64,000 nt of DNA from positions 95,591,455-95,655,454 of the forward strand of contig NC_068981.1 of NCBI RefSeq assembly GCF_001194135.2, given 5' to 3'. Below the pieces are notes generated by a model. It ran no database searches and was not told the origin of the DNA. It was given only the letters and a program-made list of their open reading frames with translations. The stretch comes from Octopus bimaculoides (lineage: Eukaryota). This document shows, piece after piece, positions 25,491 to 39,324 of this stretch. How positions within the stretch are numbered: position 1 is the stretch's first letter; each line of letters starts with the position of its first letter. The position numbers and the translations under genes are program-made.

Positions 25491-27719
25491 GTTCAAGCTG
25501 GGAAGTACACAATAGGAAGGATATTTAGTCAGAAAAACCATATCAAGCAAAAATAAATATATAAACACAAGATGTCAAACAAAAAGTACGCCAGTGCTTT
25601 TTTGCTTGTGTGCTAGCTGTTGAGATGTTTTGAAGGTGTTCAACCCATATCATCATGAAAAACAAAAGACCTTCAGAAAAAATAACAGGTGTGAATGTGT
25701 GTGTGCCTGTGAGAAAACGTGCACACGTAACTAAAACAAATTCATACTTTTTAGACTATACACTATATAAAGACACCTTTATGTTATATACAACCATTCA
25801 CTAACGTAGCCAGAGTGTGTGCCGCTCGGCGTGGACCTTCTGTTTGCTGCTCCCGGACACCACGAAAAACACATTGTCTACAGCTCACCTACCTAGCTAC
25901 GCTAATGCAACCACCCACTAACAAATATTTACATACAGCACAACATTCAGACTGTTGTGCGTCATACGCACCTACCAACTACATATTTTACACACATACT
26001 ATAAAATCCTGTACGACAAGGGATACTTTTCAAAACAACCCAAGACAACAAAGTGTTAGNNNNNNNNNNNNNNNNNNNNNNNNNNNNNNNNNNNNNNNNN
26101 NNNNNNNNNNNNNNNNNNNNNNNNNNNNNNNNNNNNNNNNNNNNNNNNNNNNNNNNNNNNNNNNNNNNNNATGCTGGTGTGTTTAAGTCCCCGTAACTTA
26201 ACGGTTCAGCAAAAGTGACCGATAGAATAAGTACTAGGCTTGCAAAGAATAAGTCCTGGGGTCGATTTGCTCAACTAAAGGCAGTGCTCCAGCATGGCCG
26301 CAGTCAAATGACTGAAACAAGTAAAAGAGTAAAAGAGGCAAGTGCATTACCCGCATTAAAATAAAAAGTTACGAGACGCCTCCTTTTAAAAATACAGTAG
26401 AGAACATTAACGTAGAAAAACTGAGAAACAAAACTAAATAAAGCTAGATTAAAATAAAGGAAATTAGAACTTTTGCAAGGGGTTCAATGATATAAGATAA
26501 AGATTCATGTGACTATCATGTAGATATCGCATAGGCAATTCAAACAAAAACAATGTAGTATTTTATAAAAAGCTTCTGTAATCCTTATTACGTAGATGTA
26601 AACAGACATTTGAGAGTGGGCCAACTACATCTGCCTAAATTATGTTTCATTGCAATCATTTATAAATAATGACAATAGTAACAATTGTCATATACACACA
26701 CATCCGTATACATACATATAATCTAAACACACACATATATATACATCATACACACATGCCTACTCAATGCTGTTTTTTTTCTTCATGGTAAAAGCATTAC
26801 TGAAGTTGCCATGTGGATCACAAGATTAAGATCTTGTTTGATTAAGTGTGCTGTTTTATGCTAGGAAATTAAGAATTAAAATATGAAATGGTTTTTTTTG
26901 CAGTGGAAGTGCTATATGGCCACTCATCTTACAGAAGAATGAGTGGGAGTAACCAGGGTGGAATTGGAAAGAAAGAGGGGTGAGAGTAGTCTCTCAAAGT
27001 ACAAGAAGCTAAATAGGAGTGGGAACACAAAGACAAGTGTGGGTGGGTAGAAAGTGCAAGAACATTTGAGGAGCGTCAGGGATGGTTAGATATAGGGTGG
27101 GAGTGAATATGATAAAGGACAAGGATTGAGGGTGGTCGATGATAAATATGCATTGGAAAGGAAGAGTAGGTGATGGCTTAGATTCTGGGTAAGGTTATGT
27201 GGTAGATGTAATGAATAATGGACAAGGGTAGCAAGGTGGTTGATGATACATGTGCTGGAGTGGAAAGTAGGCATTGACTGACAGTACAGTAAGGGGTAAA
27301 GAGCAGCAGACTAGTAATAATAATACATAGAAAATGGAAGGATGAGAGAAAAGGTGAGGACATATGTGTGGATGGGTTGCAAGAGTTTGATAAGAGAGAT
27401 AGATGTAGGGCATGGGCATAGGTGAACAATGGTGGAGAGGGAGATAATCTGATAGCATAGAAGAGTGATCAATCTAAAATGTAAGTGGAGAGGGATTATG
27501 TTAAGAATGAAGGATAATTGTTAAGTGAAGTAGTTCTGGATAATGAGAAAGATAACAGGTATCACAGAAAAAGGGGATGAAATATGCAGTTCTGCACCCA
27601 TTTAATTATGGCAGCAGAATACAGTGACAGAGAGATATGATGAGAGGTTGGGAAGGCTTGAGGAAACTGGATGAGGGGCCAGTAGTGTAGTTACACACAC
27701 ACATACTTTCAGCCTCAGT

Positions 27720-28255
27720 TTTACCAAGATGAGCAGGTCTTCTTGAGTACTATATACTGTCAGTCATCCCCTCTGAAATTCAAAGTCCTGAGATCAGTCT
27801 TCACTTTATCCCATATCTTCCTGGGTCTCACTCATTCACAAGCTCCATCCACATTAATCTATTGGCACATCTATATAGAAAGAAATGTCTTCATCCATAC
27901 TCATCACACATGTCCATAGCTAGTAGCATAGTCTCTTTGCACACTACATCCGATTCTGCTTATACCTAATTTTTTCTCAACACATTTGCACTTTGTTGTG
28001 CATTCAACAAAGCAAGGTAGCTTCATTTCTCTCTAGTCTCACAATTCCTCTTCATTCCAGACCAATCTCTCACAACCAAGTAACATCACTGTTCATATTC
28101 GAACATCATGCAGCCTTTCACTCTGAGACAGAAACTTTTTGCAACCAGCAGAGGTAAAAGCTTTCTGAACATTCTCCAGTCTGTTATTTTACTGGCAACA
28201 AAACTTTCAGAACAATCTCCTCTACTGCTAATTAGGTCACCTCCCAGGCATTTGA
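27720..28255 (-). mobile_element. Older, more diverged RTE RT C-terminal fragment
   Basis: Degenerate ...RKLLPLLVAKSFCLRVKG... with stops, homologous to 9157-9600 and 56000-56430. Confidence 0.7.
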
Positions 28256-29495
28256 GGAAATCTATTTTCTATGGGAATCTTGTGAATGTTCCAGAGCATC
28301 TGTCACATAAAAAGTTTATTTCCTCTCTTAACCTGTCAGTCACAATGCTGTATATCTTTATATCCATGGTTTATTTGCACTGGATACACTATATGGAATT
28401 TCTGCTTACTGCTTTTTGACTTATTAAGCAGGATCATTTCCTTGCAAGATAAGAATACCGTAACATATTAACAAACACACAAGTTCAGTCCTCCTATATG
28501 ACACTTTGGGCAAATAGTTTCTACAATAGTCCTGGACCAACCAAAGCTTTGTAATAGATTTGGTAGAAGGCAAGTGAAAGGAGCCTGTCATACATATATG
28601 TGTGTATATCTCCTTGGCTAGATGTCACACAAGTTTTAAATGAGTGTTACTATTATACAAGCAGCATCATTCATTTCCAGTCATGTATGAAAATATGTGC
28701 AGCCTTAAGGAAACCATCAATTTACATGAAGACAGGTGAAGGCATTCAGTTGTAGAAAACCAATAAATTCTATTCAACCCATGCAGCTATGGAAAAGTGG
28801 ATGTTAAAATAATGATGTATGAATATGTATACATACATACATACACTGCATATACTCACATGGATATAAATGTATAAACATATGTATATACACATACACA
28901 CATATACATGTGTGTGTGTGCCTGTGTAAAAATTTCGCACAGCATATATATATATATCATCATCATCATCATCGTTTAACGTCCGCTTTCCNNNNNNNNN
29001 NTATATATATAAGGGTTGTCTAACCCTTCTGCTAGTGATAGGTAATGGGATTTGATTCATGAAAGTAACAAGCCAAAATACAATGTGTTGCCTCTCAAAT
29101 ATTCTGGTAAGTCAATGTCTTTAGTATTAAGTTCGCCTATTTACCCTGAACAAAGTCAAATTAGACTGGATGTAATCTCAGAATGCAGAGGGATGGAAAA
29201 AATACCATAACAGAATATAACCCATGCATCTAAAGGGCTACTGACAGCTAGTTCGAATCCTTACATGTATGTGATGTATACACCATATGTATATGATACC
29301 AGCAACATAACACAGCTTCAATGATTTTCTGTTGTTTATTGCAATGGAATGCATAAGAAAAAGAAAAATTATTGGTTTCTTTAGATCCAGGAGGCAGGAG
29401 AGATATTGTGTAATGATGCTCGTATCTGAAGCTTTCAGATGTAACTGGCATCAGCCATGCCTATTAATCAAAACTAGATTTCGAATTTCACTTAC

Positions 29496-29526
29496 CTGGA
29501 TCTTACCTTTCCTTATTCTATGTTGC
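29496..29526 (-). CDS. Candidate 31-nt microexon (P)QHRIRKGKIQ, with an alternative donor giving 20 nt
   Basis: Acceptor ttcttttccttttaatggttcatctacag at 29527-29528. Two tandem strong donors: AAG|gtaaga (29501-29506) and CAG|gtaagt (29490-29495). Frameshifting on its own. Confidence 0.45.
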
Positions 29527-29564
29527 CTGTAGATGAACCATTAAAAGGAAAAGAATTTCACAAA

Positions 29565-29595
<31 letters not shown>

Positions 29596-29936
29596 TATTT
29601 ATTATAATGTATATATTATAATGCATCAAAGCCAGGTCTCNNNNNNNNNNNNNNNNNNNNNNNNNNNNNNNNNNNNNNNNNNNNNNNNNNNNNNNNNNNN
29701 NNNNNNNNNNNNNNNNNNNNNNNNNNNNNNNNNNNNNNNNNNNNNNNNNNNNNNNNNNNNNNNNNNNNNNNNNNNNNNNNNNNNNNNNNNNNNNNNNNNN
29801 NNNNNNNNNNNNNNNNNNNNNNNNNNNNNNNNNNNNNNNNNNNNNNNNNNNNNNNNNNNNNNNNNNNNNNNNNNNNNNNNNNNNNNNNNNNNNNNNNNNN
29901 NNNNNNNNNNNNNNNNNNNNNNNNNNNNNNNNNNNN

Positions 29937-29985
<49 letters not shown>

Positions 29986-31040
29986 TATTTATTATAATGT
30001 ATATATTATAATGCATCAAAGCCAGGTCTCTTTATTGGCGATAACAACCATTGTTTACATATGTAATGCTATAACTTTAGATTTTATAAATGATCAGATT
30101 AGCATTTTGCAAAGTTGTCTCCCTGTATATCTGGAACTGTGTGACCAACATGTAGGTAAAATATAAAGAGACCGACACAAACTTGAACGTTTAAGTTTAA
30201 AGACGAAGGAAGGAACCAACGACAGTCAGATTTGAAATCCAATATGACAGTTTGAAATTACTTGCTAATAAGTAAAATAGGTTTCTATTTTAAGATAGCT
30301 GATTTCAGCAATATCGTTTTAATACTACTTTTGAACTCTGACATTCAATGAAGTATCATTAAGTCTTGTGCATGTAGAAATAAAATATAAAAAGGAAATG
30401 GCTTATTTCCTTTTTTTATTATTTTTTTAAACCCTATGTACAGCCTACATTCTCTAAGCTCAACAATTCAATAATCACAACTCACACAATACATACTTTA
30501 CACACTCATCAGACAATGCTATCTATAAAAGCTTTGACATCAAGAGCAACACTAAAATTATAAATAACAGATAAAAAAACCCTCAACATATATTTAAAGT
30601 AGACACCTCTCCACTCCCAAGCACAAAACTGCACATACCCCAGGAACAGAGCTGCATCTAGTAATGCAGTTAAAAATTTTGAGGGAAACAAAAACTCCAA
30701 AAAACTACTGAAAATACATGAGAGTGACGAAGATAATTTTTTCACATTCACTAAGTTGAAGGTGGTTATGAGAAGAATGGTGCTGCTGCATGGATATGTA
30801 ATGGAAATAAGATCTGTGAAACAATTCTTGAATAATTGCTATTAAGCAGAATTAGTTGTGAACAATAGATGAGCCACCTGTGCTTTTTATTTTAAAAGAA
30901 CTAAAATGCTGAAATGGAAAAGGATATTTGTAGGAAAAATTTTAAATCATTGAGATTTAGTTTTTTGTTAGAAAAAAATAATAGAAGTTAAAAAAATATA
31001 TATATAATAATGGTTTCAAAAAATAAAAATCAATATTTAC

Positions 31041-31436
31041 GGTTTTAGAGACTGGCAATCCGTTGCTGAACTGGAAAGGACTTTGCGGTAGAGTGATTTC
31101 TTCTGAGCTGAGAGCTTTGAGTTTGATGAAGTAGCACTGCTGGAATTTTGAGCTACAACCCTTCGTGGTTGAGAAGGAAGGCTTCCTCCACTAGGTTTAA
31201 TTGCCAGGGATGCTTGAGCACACGTAAATGCACCAATGGCTGCAGCTGCTGCAGAGGGTGTACTACTACTTGGACTGCTATTTGCTCCACCATAAGTTGT
31301 AACATGTTGTAACCACGTACGCAAGTTTAATTTGCGCACAAGTTGCAATAATCGCAACCTGCGTTCAGATGGAGTAGGTAAATCATGGTCCCGCATCAGG
31401 ATATTTTGTAAAAATTTACTGTTATACTGATGAAAC
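31041..31436 (-). CDS. Internal coding exon (396 nt, phase 2-2): FHQYNSKFLQNILMRDHDLPTPSERRLRLLQLVRKLNLRTWLQHV...DCQSLKP
   Basis: Acceptor tttatcttcttcag at 31437-31438, donor ACC|gtaaat. Contains ORF 31037-31396. Helical, ordered-looking N-terminal half followed by a Ser/Ala-rich linker. Confidence 0.9.
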
Positions 31437-32072
31437 CTGAAGAAGATAAAATGAAAAAGGAAAAAAACAAAAAAAATGAGAAATTGAAATATAATGATGA
31501 CAACATGATCAGATGAGGAAATAACAAAATTCTTTAAGAAAATTTAGATTTTGAATTAGAAGAGGAAAATATTTTTTGCTGATCAAGTAGCTGACTTCCT
31601 ATTAACTTTACAACTTTTCCCATATTCACTTCTCTGTAGTAATAGTAGAAAGATTTCAATAATTTTTGGCAAATGATTGAAAAAATAGGAAACAGCCAAG
31701 GAGTGTCAGACAAACTGCTGACTTTTGATTTCCTTTCTATTATTACTTCACCTCCATCTTTTAATCTCTCCTCTCAGAACAGATTATGACCTTCTTCCCA
31801 ACCATAATTAATCTCATCCATATTCAAATATCCCAACCTAAGATCTGTGTTTGTCCCCACTTACTGCTTGACAACTGGTGTTGGTGTGTTTACATCCCCG
31901 TAACTTATTACTAAGCTTAAAAAAGAATTACTGGGGTTGATTTATTTGACTAATATTCTTCAGGATGATGCCCCAGCAAGGCCATAGTCTGATGACTGAA
32001 ACAAATAAAAGAAAAACATAAGAAAATCTACAAGAATATGGACACCATTCCTTTATTTTAGACAAACTTTAA

Positions 32073-32243
32073 CCCTTTAGCATTCATGTTACTCTATCAA
32101 ATGTAATTCATCCACATTGTTCTGAATTAATCGTGCATTGTTTTGTAGCTTTGAGATTTCAATGATGTGATTGTTTATTTTTAGAATAACATTGTAATGT
32201 ACGTGCGAAAGGTCGAATTCAGCTGGTTTAAATGCTAAAAAGC
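32073..32243. mobile_element. piggyBac-like MITE, second family
   Basis: TTAA|ccctttagcatt...aatgctaaaaagc|TTAA with a decayed right TIR. Confidence 0.7.
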
Positions 32244-35200
32244 TTAAGTCTGTTGGCATCAGAAAGAATATCTAACTATAAATCTAGAAATATTCCTGCT
32301 TGCCAATATAGTAAAAGGAATAACAAAATAGTATGCCTCCACATGAATAAGGTAAAAGAGTGTTTTATTGAAGGTTGTTGCAAACAAACTTCACTGAGGG
32401 GAGGGGAACAACTTTCAAAAATAAAAAAATTCCATTGTAAATATTTCTTGGTGCTGTTATGCTTTCACTAATCATATTTAAAATATTTCTTATTCTACTG
32501 CAACTTTATATATTTTAGAGGTTATCAAAGGGGAAATAATTGTAGTTAATGTTTTAAGATAATTAACTACATGTGTCAGAGATATATATATATAAGAAAT
32601 TTTATAACAATAGCTGTGCTTGTTAAGAAACTGAAGCTTAAATATTTCATGAGCATTTGATAAAGAAGAAAATAAGTCCTTAACTACCAAATAAACCAAC
32701 TGTAAAAGTTAGTTTTAACTGCTTCTTTCTACATGTTTCAGCCTTTGGACTGCATCCATGCTGGGGCAGTTTGGAACTTATTCTATCAGTTACTTTTGCT
32801 GAATTGCTTAGCTACAGGGAATGTAAACAAACCAACACAAATTATCAAAAAGTGGAGGGGACAAACACAACACACATGCAAAACATGTATATACAATAGA
32901 CTTCTACACAGTTTCCATCTATGAAATTCACTTGGAGGTATTAGTCGGTCTAGGGCTATAGAAAAAGACTTATCTATGGTGCCATGCAGTGGGACCATGC
33001 CTGTGTGTATACTAGTTGAAACTCACACTACAAACAAATGAAGGCATGAATGTGTTCTAAATATTTGTCAAATTGAATTAATTAAAATAAAATCAACTGT
33101 TTGTCAAGATTCAAGCAGATCAGCTGTATATCTAAGCAATAAATAACCTTCCCATTCCACTATAATGGTTTTAGATCACCATCATTGTTTTAACTTTGCT
33201 TTTATATACTTTTATTTTGTTAAGTCATCATGTAAATAAAATTGAAATCTCTTCAACAATGTTTTCATTTTACTGTTTTTTATTTTTTTATACCTTGACC
33301 TTTCTCCTGATTACTCATCACCTATCTTCACCTAACCCTGCCCTACTACAAAATTCTCTGGTAAACAGTACAAGTGCCTTAAAGCCATGTGAGCATTCTC
33401 ACAATACTAAATAACAAAATATTCTCCCTGTAAATCGCATATAATTTCCAGTGCCAACTGAAGTTCAAAGGTCAACAGACATTAAAATAAAAAAAATGCT
33501 TGGTGAAGAATAAATTTTATCAGTTGTACAATTTATCATTAGTTATGTCATGGTTTTAGACACTAATGACATTTGAAATAGCTGGGAAATTAAAATTTTA
33601 ATAAGAATTAATATTTTTTTAATTTCTGAAATGTTTTAATTACACACAAGTACTTCAAAAAAATTACAACAATGATTTTTTTTTTATTGCATACATAAGA
33701 GAGCTTAACATTTCTTTTTATTACATTTATTAAATGTGTGAAATTGTTTTGTTGTCAACGTCAAAGTGTAAACATAAAACTGAGGTTATGTATAAAAAAA
33801 ATAATATTAGATGAGTGGAAGAAATCACTAGATAAAGCCTGGACTGCTGATGCTCAAAATATATTTGCTATATTATCACCCACCTTTATACTATTCATGA
33901 ACCATGAGGTTATTACATTGCGTTAACAATGAAGTCTTGGTTTGAACAGATCTGGTATGCAAATATGCTGTTGAATTTAACAAAAAAAAACAAAAAAACA
34001 AAAACAAAAAAATCCTACTCTGCCTTTCCATTTTTAAATTTCATATAAACCAAATCCTAGACAGACATAAAAGCTGAATGTTAAAACGTGACAGACAAGA
34101 ACAATTGGTTATTTGAAATCCATAAAGCCTTCATTAATACCAGCAGTTAGCCCAGGTTTACTAACTATATACCCTACAAAAAAGAAAACAGATTTGATGA
34201 TCAAAATAATCCACTATCTGACCGAATGCAGTAGAATACTTTGAAGTTTTGGAAGATGTTTTTTGCACTTTTCTGAAACTATGAAGTTTTATGAACACTC
34301 CAAAAGCAACAAATATTCAAACAGCTGTAGATGTGTAGTTACCGAGTTGATACATCTACCAACTAGTCCTAAATAAACGAAAATACAAGCTGTTTAATTG
34401 TATGGTGTATAAATGGAAATAATTATGGAAAACAGTGTAACATCAGGTTACTTATATCATTTAATGCTGGCATAGTCAAATTTTGTGAGAAGCGGGCCAC
34501 ATCAGATATAACTTCTGGTGAGCTGTATTACTAAAAAATTTAAGCTAACTTTTCATTAGACATGCCATTCAAAAAGTGTGGCAGGTTGCAGTTTGTTGAT
34601 GACTGATCAATGATAATGATCAAAAAGGCTGATCAGAATACTCAATTATTAAAGTTAATCGAAGCTATATTGATAACCATTACAAAGATTTGATGGGAAT
34701 TATTGAAAGGAGAAAAAATCCTACATTTTTTAAAACCGTTATTTTTATGGTTACGATTAAAAGCATTAAATCTGTATTCAGGAATGGCTCTGAAAATGTC
34801 AAACTATTTCAAGTAACACTAGAAAAATGGAAGATCAATTAAAAAGCTGAGCTCAACTTTTCTTCTTTTTTTTTTTGGAAGTCTGATTGAATCAGGCATA
34901 TCAACATCATGTACTACACAGTCTATATTTGTGTGGGTGTTATTTTTTATAACAAGATGTCATATCTAGAGCATTATATACAGAAAGAGAGAATGAAGAC
35001 ATTCACAATAACAAAATAAATATATAGTAACAGAACACGAAAATGAGTTCCAAACATCGTGAAAACACCTATAGGAAAAAAGAGCAAGATGCACATTCTG
35101 AAAACAAAGACAAGTTTGTTTTAAAGGCTGGTTTCCTGTACGCAGAACACAGAATTCCTGCAATTTGAACCTAATTTTTCTGATGAAGTTTGTTTATACA

Positions 35201-38200
35201 AATTGTTCAATGCCAAACATTAATGTTGTCAACATACTATCATCACATGATTTAAATTCTTATGTCACTAAACTATTTTTTTTTAATCATTATAATCAGT
35301 GAACTTACCCCTCCCCACGCTGTGGGGAAGTGTTGCCAGTAAGTACATCACAAGTTTTCCACCAAATAACGCTATCAGGAGCCCAGGTTTCTTTGAATCC
35401 AAAGAAAAAGCAACTTGATTCTTTTGACGTTTTTTAAAATTTACTGTTTTATAAAACGTGATCCGACCTCCACATACCGATAAGTTGTGTTGTAATGGTC
35501 AACGATTCATGTATTGACAGCTAATAAGCAATTAAAAATATTTCATAACTTATTATTTATTGTATTTGAATTAAATGATATTTTTTTCCTGTCACTCATT
35601 TCCGTTCATTAATTCCTCTCTCAAAATATCTTGAGAATGTATGGCACAGAGATAAATATAATTTACATAGATACTGCAGTGAGTTTATTGGAACCGAATA
35701 TATATTCCGATTACCATTTAAATGTTCAAGTTATTGTTACATGGTAGACGAAGTTATCTTGCTATGATAACTTATAATACTCGTTATATCGACATCAAAT
35801 ATTTCCCTCTAAGATAAAACCCGACAATATGTATTATATCTGAAATACTAGGTGTCCTATAAATTCAAGAACGAAAAAAAAAGCAAATAAAAGAAATAAG
35901 TGTTTTCATTGCAAACGAAGTAACAAAACACCTGTCTGTATAGATAACATTTGGAACGAATAAATAGATATATGATCAGACCGATATGTGATAAGCAAAC
36001 TAGCGAGGGTTACTTCTTTATACTATGCTTCACTGCACACACGCACACACACACACAAAACACATACATGGGTGCAACGATTATGAATTTATAAAATAAA
36101 TAGGCATAGGCAAGCATAAACTGGATAAGAAAATAAAAATGCAACATTCAAATTAGCTAGTAATGAAATATAACCAATTAAATTTCGACAGAAAATCCAG
36201 GATTTGAAGAGGATATGTACATGTACGACATGTATGCATGCATAAGTTATACATTGGTGTCTTATTTACAGTATAGATGGGGATCAAAAATATACAGTAC
36301 GTTCTATGTTTTTGTGAGCATATATATATATATATATATATATATAGGCATACATATAATGCACGCGCGGGCGTGGGAGAGAGAGGTGTGAACAAAGTCG
36401 TTTAGAAAAAGAAAAATTACAAAGAGAAGGATGGAAATTTCCAAGAGCAACTACGTCGAAAGCTAATGTTATTTCAGAAGTATTTATTCACAGCGCTCGT
36501 CCCACCATTCACATACACAAATAAACACAATGGACAAAAATAGGGTGGACAATTCTATACATGTTAACTAACTACTTCAAAGACAAATGAAAAAAAAAAA
36601 ATAATAATAATCCGAACAAACGTACTAACCAAATGTGCGTATGTATGTGTGCCTAATAGCGAGTACTATGTGATGCATTGCACCTCAACATTCATTAGTC
36701 TATACAGAAAAGTGTGCTTTTGATTTTTTAAAACTTAATTCTATCTAATCACTGATAAGACAGGAGCATTTTTGGATTTCGATTCTAAGAGTAAAAAAGA
36801 AAAACAAACCCAATAGTAACTGCTGGTGAAACAAAAACAAGAAACTTGGCAGTAATAATAAGGGGAAAAAGTTACAGCCAAATGACAGTAAGATGGTCAG
36901 CAAAGGGTTATTTGTCTTAGGGAAAATGCCTAGCTATCATAGGCACAGATACATAACCAATTAATGAAGCTTCTACGACAGGAAGAACAAGAGTAAATTG
37001 AAACAGCTGAGAATGTGCGTGTGTGTGTTTGTTGTTCTGAACACGGAATAAAAGCACTCATTTTGTTTTTAAGCTGGATAGCAGTCGTAGTTTAGTTTAA
37101 AGAGTTACATGCATTTACCGACAGTCAAACTTTCCCCGTTCACTTATCACTCTGCCAATAATAATAATAGTTTCATACATTGGCATAATGCCGCAAATTT
37201 ATAGAGAAGAGAATAACGTCGACAGCACCGACCCCTGGGCATTGGGAAAGGCAAAAATACCCGACTCCTGCAAAAAAAAAGACTGAACTCGGAACATAAG
37301 ACTTAGCTAAAACACCGCATTTAACAGACGCATTCTGAGGGCGTCGGACAAAATTTCTGCGGTATTTAACAGGGTCTCTTTATATATAGAGTTCAAATGC
37401 GGACAAGTTCAGCTCGTTAATTTGTTGTTCCAGGAAAGATTTACATAAAGCATCCGAAATGAGAATGGAATTATAAAAGATTTATTGTTCCTGAACAGTT
37501 TAAAAACAAACAAACTAACAACTAGTAAATCCTAGAGTGGTAATAAAACTGCTATTTTGTTATAATGTAATAACTTGTGTATATGAAGTGTGATGAGAGG
37601 AAGATTGACAAAGATTGAAGGAAAACAAGACTACTATTGAGAGAGTAGAGAGAAGTGTTGTTTATGAGAAGGGAGTTACTACCTAAATATAGAAAGAAAT
37701 CTAAGCGGTCACCCATATTTTTCTTCACCGAGTCTACAAATGATTAAATAACTGAAATTTCCGGAACATATATGACACACTCACACATATCTATTACAGA
37801 GCTGTGTGTAAATATTAGCTTTCAGAGTATGAAAAAGATTAAAATGCTTAATATATGTTACTAACTTACACGCGAATAAATAAAGATGTGTGTGTAGAGA
37901 GAGAGAAATGATAACTATACAACATAGCAAGTACAAAGACATGCACTATGTGAAAACCTAAATGAAAGACATGTAGTAGTCGCTTGAAGGAAGACCTGTT
38001 TTACAATACTCTACAGTAGGGAGATATTTGTTTTTCACTTAACCTTATGCTATTCCCTTCAAAAAGGTTCATTACAGACATGGTTTTATTAAAGTATCTA
38101 CTTGTATATATTAATAGCACATACATAAAGTCTCCCATTTCCACTGTATTTTTTTAAATGTAGCCTTCGTCGACCAGTGAGGGTGTGACGTTCAGTGGGA

Positions 38201-38463
38201 GAAACATTACGTTCCATACACATACAGAGAAAAATAATAAATATACAAAAATGAAATAGGAAAAATTCGGAATGAAGTCTCAAACTATAATATTCGATAC
38301 AAAAGTCATATCCAGTTTAACAGAGAAGCAAGGCGAAATGCCGGTAAGAGACATATGGGATCTCTTGGATCACTCACTATGATCTATCGTAAAAAAAGTA
38401 ACAAACGATTCGGCATGAATAAAAATAAAAGGGAAATAAGGAGAAATAGAAAGAAAACCAGGG

Positions 38464-38496
<33 letters not shown>

Positions 38497-39284
38497 TTTT
38501 TAAAGGACCAAGGAGAGTTACGTATATAATCAAACTGGGAATAAATAAACTAACCTTGTCTGAGAAGTATGAGTCAAGAATATAACTGTGTGGTTTAATA
38601 AATATCGCCTCTTTTCTATTTTGCTCTGATAGTGTAAATAATCTGACACTGCTGGTTTGGTTGCTTTGCAGTATATCTCCTTATAGACTCTTCCAGCTGC
38701 TCATCTTGACTTGGCAAACCTTTTAGTTGCCTATCAAGTCCGACAACAGTTTAAAAAACAACAAACTATCAACAGAGAATGTTTGGTAACGCCACTACAG
38801 AATCAGAAACGATTCCTCCAGCATCGTTGCAACAGAGCTCCATTTCAGCTACATGTTATCATTATCATATTGGTGTAACTAGCGACCAGCTGACTATATT
38901 CGATGCCATGGCCAACAGGACAGTGAATATAAACCAAACACTTCCTTCCACTTTTGAAATCATCGACATACAAGCAGAATAGTTATTGAAGTCGTAGTGA
39001 GAGGAGCACCGACTGTTTCAGATACAGACGTGGTGGAGGTGGTGACACACACAAGAGTGAGGAGGAAGAGAGTGCGTTTGGTGAGGCAGTTGATGTGTTA
39101 GTAGTATGCTGTGTGTGCTATTGAATGTGTCAAAACTGTCTATTACATACGAAGCCGTAGTATGATATGGATTGTATAGATAGTACGCCTTATGAACTGC
39201 CAGGGAAATACCTTATAATAATCTCTAGTATTTTGTTAGCGTGGGCCACTCAGTGTAATTATACATATATATCACATACACACA

Positions 39285-39324
<40 letters not shown>

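Noticed and set aside
26053-26059. GTGTTAG immediately before two different gaps (also 41828-41834)
   Set aside because: Only a 7-mer and the continuation is hidden by Ns, so it cannot be told from chance.
35309-35348. ATG TAC TTA... as an alternative coding start
   Set aside because: This frame leaves in phase 1 and does not fit exon 31436. The phase-compatible frame has no ATG after an upstream TAA.
38860-38970. Minus-strand signal-peptide-like mini-ORF MISKVEGSVWFIFTVLLAMASNIVSWSLVTPI
   Set aside because: Short, stops without a convincing donor, and has no homology I recognise. At most a uORF.
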